From contig JBILUB010000009.1 of the NCBI GenBank assembly GCA_044371245.1, positions 1 to 16,000 of the forward strand: a stretch of DNA of 16,000 bases, read 5' to 3'. Positions 14,125 to 16,000 of this stretch are shown here, one piece after another; the first letter of the stretch is position 1, and every line of letters starts with the position of its first letter. The notes below the pieces were generated by a model, which saw only the letters and a program-made list of their open reading frames with translations, ran no database searches and was not told where the DNA came from. Position numbers and translations under genes: made by a program. Source of the stretch: Opitutaceae bacterium. Its GTDB lineage: Bacteria; Verrucomicrobiota; Verrucomicrobiia; Opitutales; Opitutaceae.

Positions 14125-15476
14125 ATCCACAAATCACCACCGACACCTACCTACCCCGACTCTCCCGACGCTCGATGCTAAAAGGGCTGGGCGCGGCGGT
14201 CACGCTGCCCTGGCTGCGCAGCCTGGCCTGGGCGGACGGCGGGGAAAAAGCCGTGACGGCGAGCGCGCCTCCCCGGCGCTGGGCGACGCTGCTCTTCGCC
14301 AACGGAGTAAAGATCGACGACTGGTGGGCCCGCGACCAAGGCGGTGGCCGCATCGAGCTCTCGCGGACCCTCGCACCGTTGGCACCGCACACGAAGGATC
14401 TGATTTTCCTGAACGGCATGCGGCTGTTTGACAACGTGTCTGGCGTGCACTGGCCCTACTTCACCAACTTTCTGGCCGGCGAGAAAGTGAAGACCGGCTC
14501 GATGCCCGACGTCGCGGAGTCGCTTGATCAATACATGGCGCGCACGATCGGCGCGAACACCGCCGTGCCGGTGCTGAACCTCGCGGTCGAGCCGGTGCAG
14601 CACGGGGTGCGGAGCGGCGTGCCCTCGGTCTACTTCGGCACCATCTCGTGGAGTTCGGAGACGACGCCGGTGGCGCCCGAGATCTACCCGCAGCAGGCTT
14701 TTGACCGGCTCTTCGACACCCGGGGACTGCGACGTGACCGGAGCGTGCTCGATGGAGTGCTCGATCAGGCCAAGGGAGTGGGCCGGCGCCTCGATCGTCA
14801 CGATCAGGAGAAGCTCGACGGGTTCATGGACTCGGTGCGCTCGGTCGAGCGGCGCCTGGAGCGTGCGGCCGAGGATGCGCGGGAGGGAGGCTCCTGGCAT
14901 GCCGGTTTCGCCAAGCCGAGTCTGGTGAGGCCGGAGGCGGGCCTGCCCGCGACGGTGCATGAGCACATGCGCCTGATGATCGACATCCAGGTGCTGGCCT
15001 TCCAGATGGACAAGACGCGGATCAGCACGCTGCTCTTCAACAACGACGGCACCTACGACATGAAGTTCAACTTCCTCGAGGGGGTGAGCGGCAACTCGAT
15101 GCACGTGATCTCGCATCACAACAACGTCGCCAAGGTTCTCTCGGACTATCAGCGCATAAACCAGTTTCACGTGGAGCTCTTCGCCTACTACCTCGAAAAG
15201 ATGAAGTCGGTGGACGAGGGCAACGGCTCCCTGCTCGACAACTCGATGGTGCTCTTCGGCTCGACCATGATGGACGGGTTTAAGCACGACGGTTCTCGGC
15301 TGCCGCTGGTGCTCGCGGGCCGCGGCGGCGGCACGATCCAGCCGGGCCGGGTGCTGGATTTTGAGCGCACCGAGGAGCGCCGCCTGTGCAACCTGCACCT
15401 CGCGTTGCTGCAACGCATGGGCGTACCCACGACCACCTTTGGCAACAGCCACCACGCGACCAAGGGGCTCTCCTAG
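14121..15476 (+). CDS. DUF1552 protein with a twin-arginine (Tat) signal; the usual partner of DUF1592 proteins (451 aa).
   Basis: ORF track 14121-15476. ATGA overlap with the upstream stop (14121-14124). Tat-like N-terminus LSRRSMLKGLGAAVTLPWL. Family-typical strings: LFANGV, FLNGMR, SLDQY, MHVISHHNN, LFGSTMMDG.KHD. Stop TAG at 15474-15476. Confidence 0.9.
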   Translation: MNPQITTDTYLPRLSRRSMLKGLGAAVTLPWLRSLAWADGGEKAVTASAPPRRWATLLFANGVKIDDWWARDQGGGRIELSRTLAPLAPHTKDLIFLNGMRLFDNVSGVHWPYFTNFLAGEKVKTGSMPDVAESLDQYMARTIGANTAVPVLNLAVEPVQHGVRSGVPSVYFGTISWSSETTPVAPEIYPQQAFDRLFDTRGLRRDRSVLDGVLDQAKGVGRRLDRHDQEKLDGFMDSVRSVERRLERAAEDAREGGSWHAGFAKPSLVRPEAGLPATVHEHMRLMIDIQVLAFQMDKTRISTLLFNNDGTYDMKFNFLEGVSGNSMHVISHHNNVAKVLSDYQRINQFHVELFAYYLEKMKSVDEGNGSLLDNSMVLFGSTMMDGFKHDGSRLPLVLAGRGGGTIQPGRVLDFERTEERRLCNLHLALLQRMGVPTTTFGNSHHATKGLS

Positions 15477-15657
15477 GGTGTGTCTGGTAAACAAGCACAT
15501 CCTGAGCGCAGACCAGAGGGGAAACCCGCTGGGCCGGCGTTGTCCTCGGCGGTATGGACCGCTGGTCCACCTCCGCCTCGGTCGCCTTGGCCGAGCGGGT
15601 TTCTCCTCTGGCTCACGACGAGTTTATTTTCCAGACACACCCCAGCGTGTGTCTGGG
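15476..15657. repeat. Long imperfect foldback (rod-like palindromic) element with a third flanking copy of its terminal 10-mer. Candidate MITE/REP-like repeat or structured RNA.
   Basis: - Outer inverted repeat: GGGTGTGTCTGG (15476-15487) against CCAGACACACCC (15631-15642), 12/12.
- Inner inverted repeat: CCAGAGGGGAAACCCGCTGGGCC (15513-15535) against GGCCGAGCGGGTTTCTCCTCTGG (15589-15611), 21/23 plus one G-U.
- The segments between outer and inner arms are about 70% complementary.
- The core has further stems: GGCG/CGCC, GGCGG/CCGCC, and the GGACC-GCT-GGTCC hairpin at 15556-15568.
- An extra direct copy GTGTGTCTGG (15647-15656) forms a perfect 10-bp hairpin with 15631-15640. Confidence 0.7.
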
Positions 15658-15695
15658 AGATAAGGCGGGGCGACGCCGCGCCGCGGGGCCCGTGC

Positions 15696-16000
15696 TCAGG
15701 AGCGCCCGGCGAAGGGCGGGGCCCCGAGCAGTTCGATCCGTGTCCAGGTGTTGAGCAGAGGGTCGCGGGCCTCCTCCATCGCGGCGGCGAGACGGGCGCG
15801 GAGCGCGGCCAAGGTTTCGCGGTGGAGCGGGTCGGCGCTGAGGTTGACCTGTTCGGACGGATCGGTGTGGAGATCGTAGAGTTCGTCCCGGTCTCCGGTG
15901 GGATGGTAGACGTACTTCCACTCCGCAGTGCGCAGCATTCGGAGACTCGCGGAGCCCGATTCGGTGCCGAAGTACTGGGCGAAGGCGTGGTCGCGACCCG
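15696..16000 (-). CDS. Sulfatase (arylsulfatase family), C-terminal fragment; the N-terminus lies beyond the right edge.
   Basis: Track ORF 15696-15938 begins at an internal Met. The frame stays open to 16000 (...RDHAFAQYFGTESGSASLRMLRTAEWKYVYHPTGDRDELYDLHTDPSEQVNLSADP...). (W)KY.Y......ELYDL..DP.E..NL is the characteristic sulfatase C-terminal motif. Stop TGA at 15696-15698. Confidence 0.85.
   Translation of the reverse strand, partial: GRDHAFAQYFGTESGSASLRMLRTAEWKYVYHPTGDRDELYDLHTDPSEQVNLSADPLHRETLAALRARLAAAMEEARDPLLNTWTRIELLGAPPFAGRS

Noticed and set aside
14178-15500. 440-aa minus-strand ORF.
   Set aside because: It is a shadow frame opposite the DUF1552 gene.
15631-15656. Perfect 10-bp hairpin (CCAGACACAC-N6-GTGTGTCTGG) as a shared intrinsic terminator for the convergent DUF1552 and sulfatase genes.
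   Set aside because: The T-rich run precedes the stem on the plus strand, and an A-rich run follows it on the minus strand. Neither orientation has the hairpin-then-U-tract order. I interpret it as part of the foldback repeat instead.
15361-15921. Small ORFs 15361-15663 (+), 15554-15754 (+) and 15613-15921 (-).
   Set aside because: They run through the palindromic element or overlap the DUF1552 and sulfatase coding frames. Their composition is Arg/Pro-rich and they have no start context.
1-16000. Scan for rRNA, tRNA, CRISPR arrays, transposase/integrase genes, and toxin-antitoxin or defence-system signatures.
   Set aside because: I saw no tRNA-like T-arm or anticodon-arm pattern in the spacers, no regularly spaced direct repeats, and no ORF with recombinase, nuclease or ATPase hallmark motifs. 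All long credible ORFs are accounted for above.

Overview
GC-rich, gene-dense chromosomal segment with strong GC3 codon bias. That bias produces many long antisense 'shadow' ORFs in the six-frame track. All domain calls below come from reading motifs by eye; no search was run. I support ten real CDSs.

Minus strand:
- A secreted glycoside-hydrolase-like gene runs off the left edge (<1-1476). It is absent from the ORF track because it has no in-window stop.
- A tightly packed four-gene operon (5539 down to 1761) encodes cytochrome b562, a PSCyt1 cytochrome c / DUF2231 membrane protein, a DUF1593 protein and a GH42-like TIM-barrel protein.

Plus strand, divergent from that operon:
- A large beta-propeller dihaem cytochrome c (5790-8930) is translationally coupled by a GTGA overlap to a beta-propeller / dihaem cytochrome c peroxidase fusion (8927-10705).
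- The classic PVC-group pair follows: a DUF1592-family cytochrome c protein (10837-14124) and a Tat-signal DUF1552 protein (14121-15476), joined by an ATGA overlap.

A convergent sulfatase C-terminus (15696->16000, minus) closes the window. Gene content suggests a polysaccharide-degrading member of the PVC superphylum (Verrucomicrobiota or Planctomycetota); this is inference. I saw no rRNA, tRNA, CRISPR array, transposase or integrase.

Most interesting observations:
1. The 5790-10705 pair has the domain inventory of anammox hydrazine synthase (alpha plus a fused beta-gamma) in a non-anammox context.
2. It is transcribed divergently from a b562 / cytochrome c-DUF2231 operon.
3. A roughly 170-nt rod-like foldback element lies between DUF1552 and the sulfatase.
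4. An orphan plus-strand terminator-like hairpin and repeated motifs sit in the lower-GC 1477-1760 spacer.
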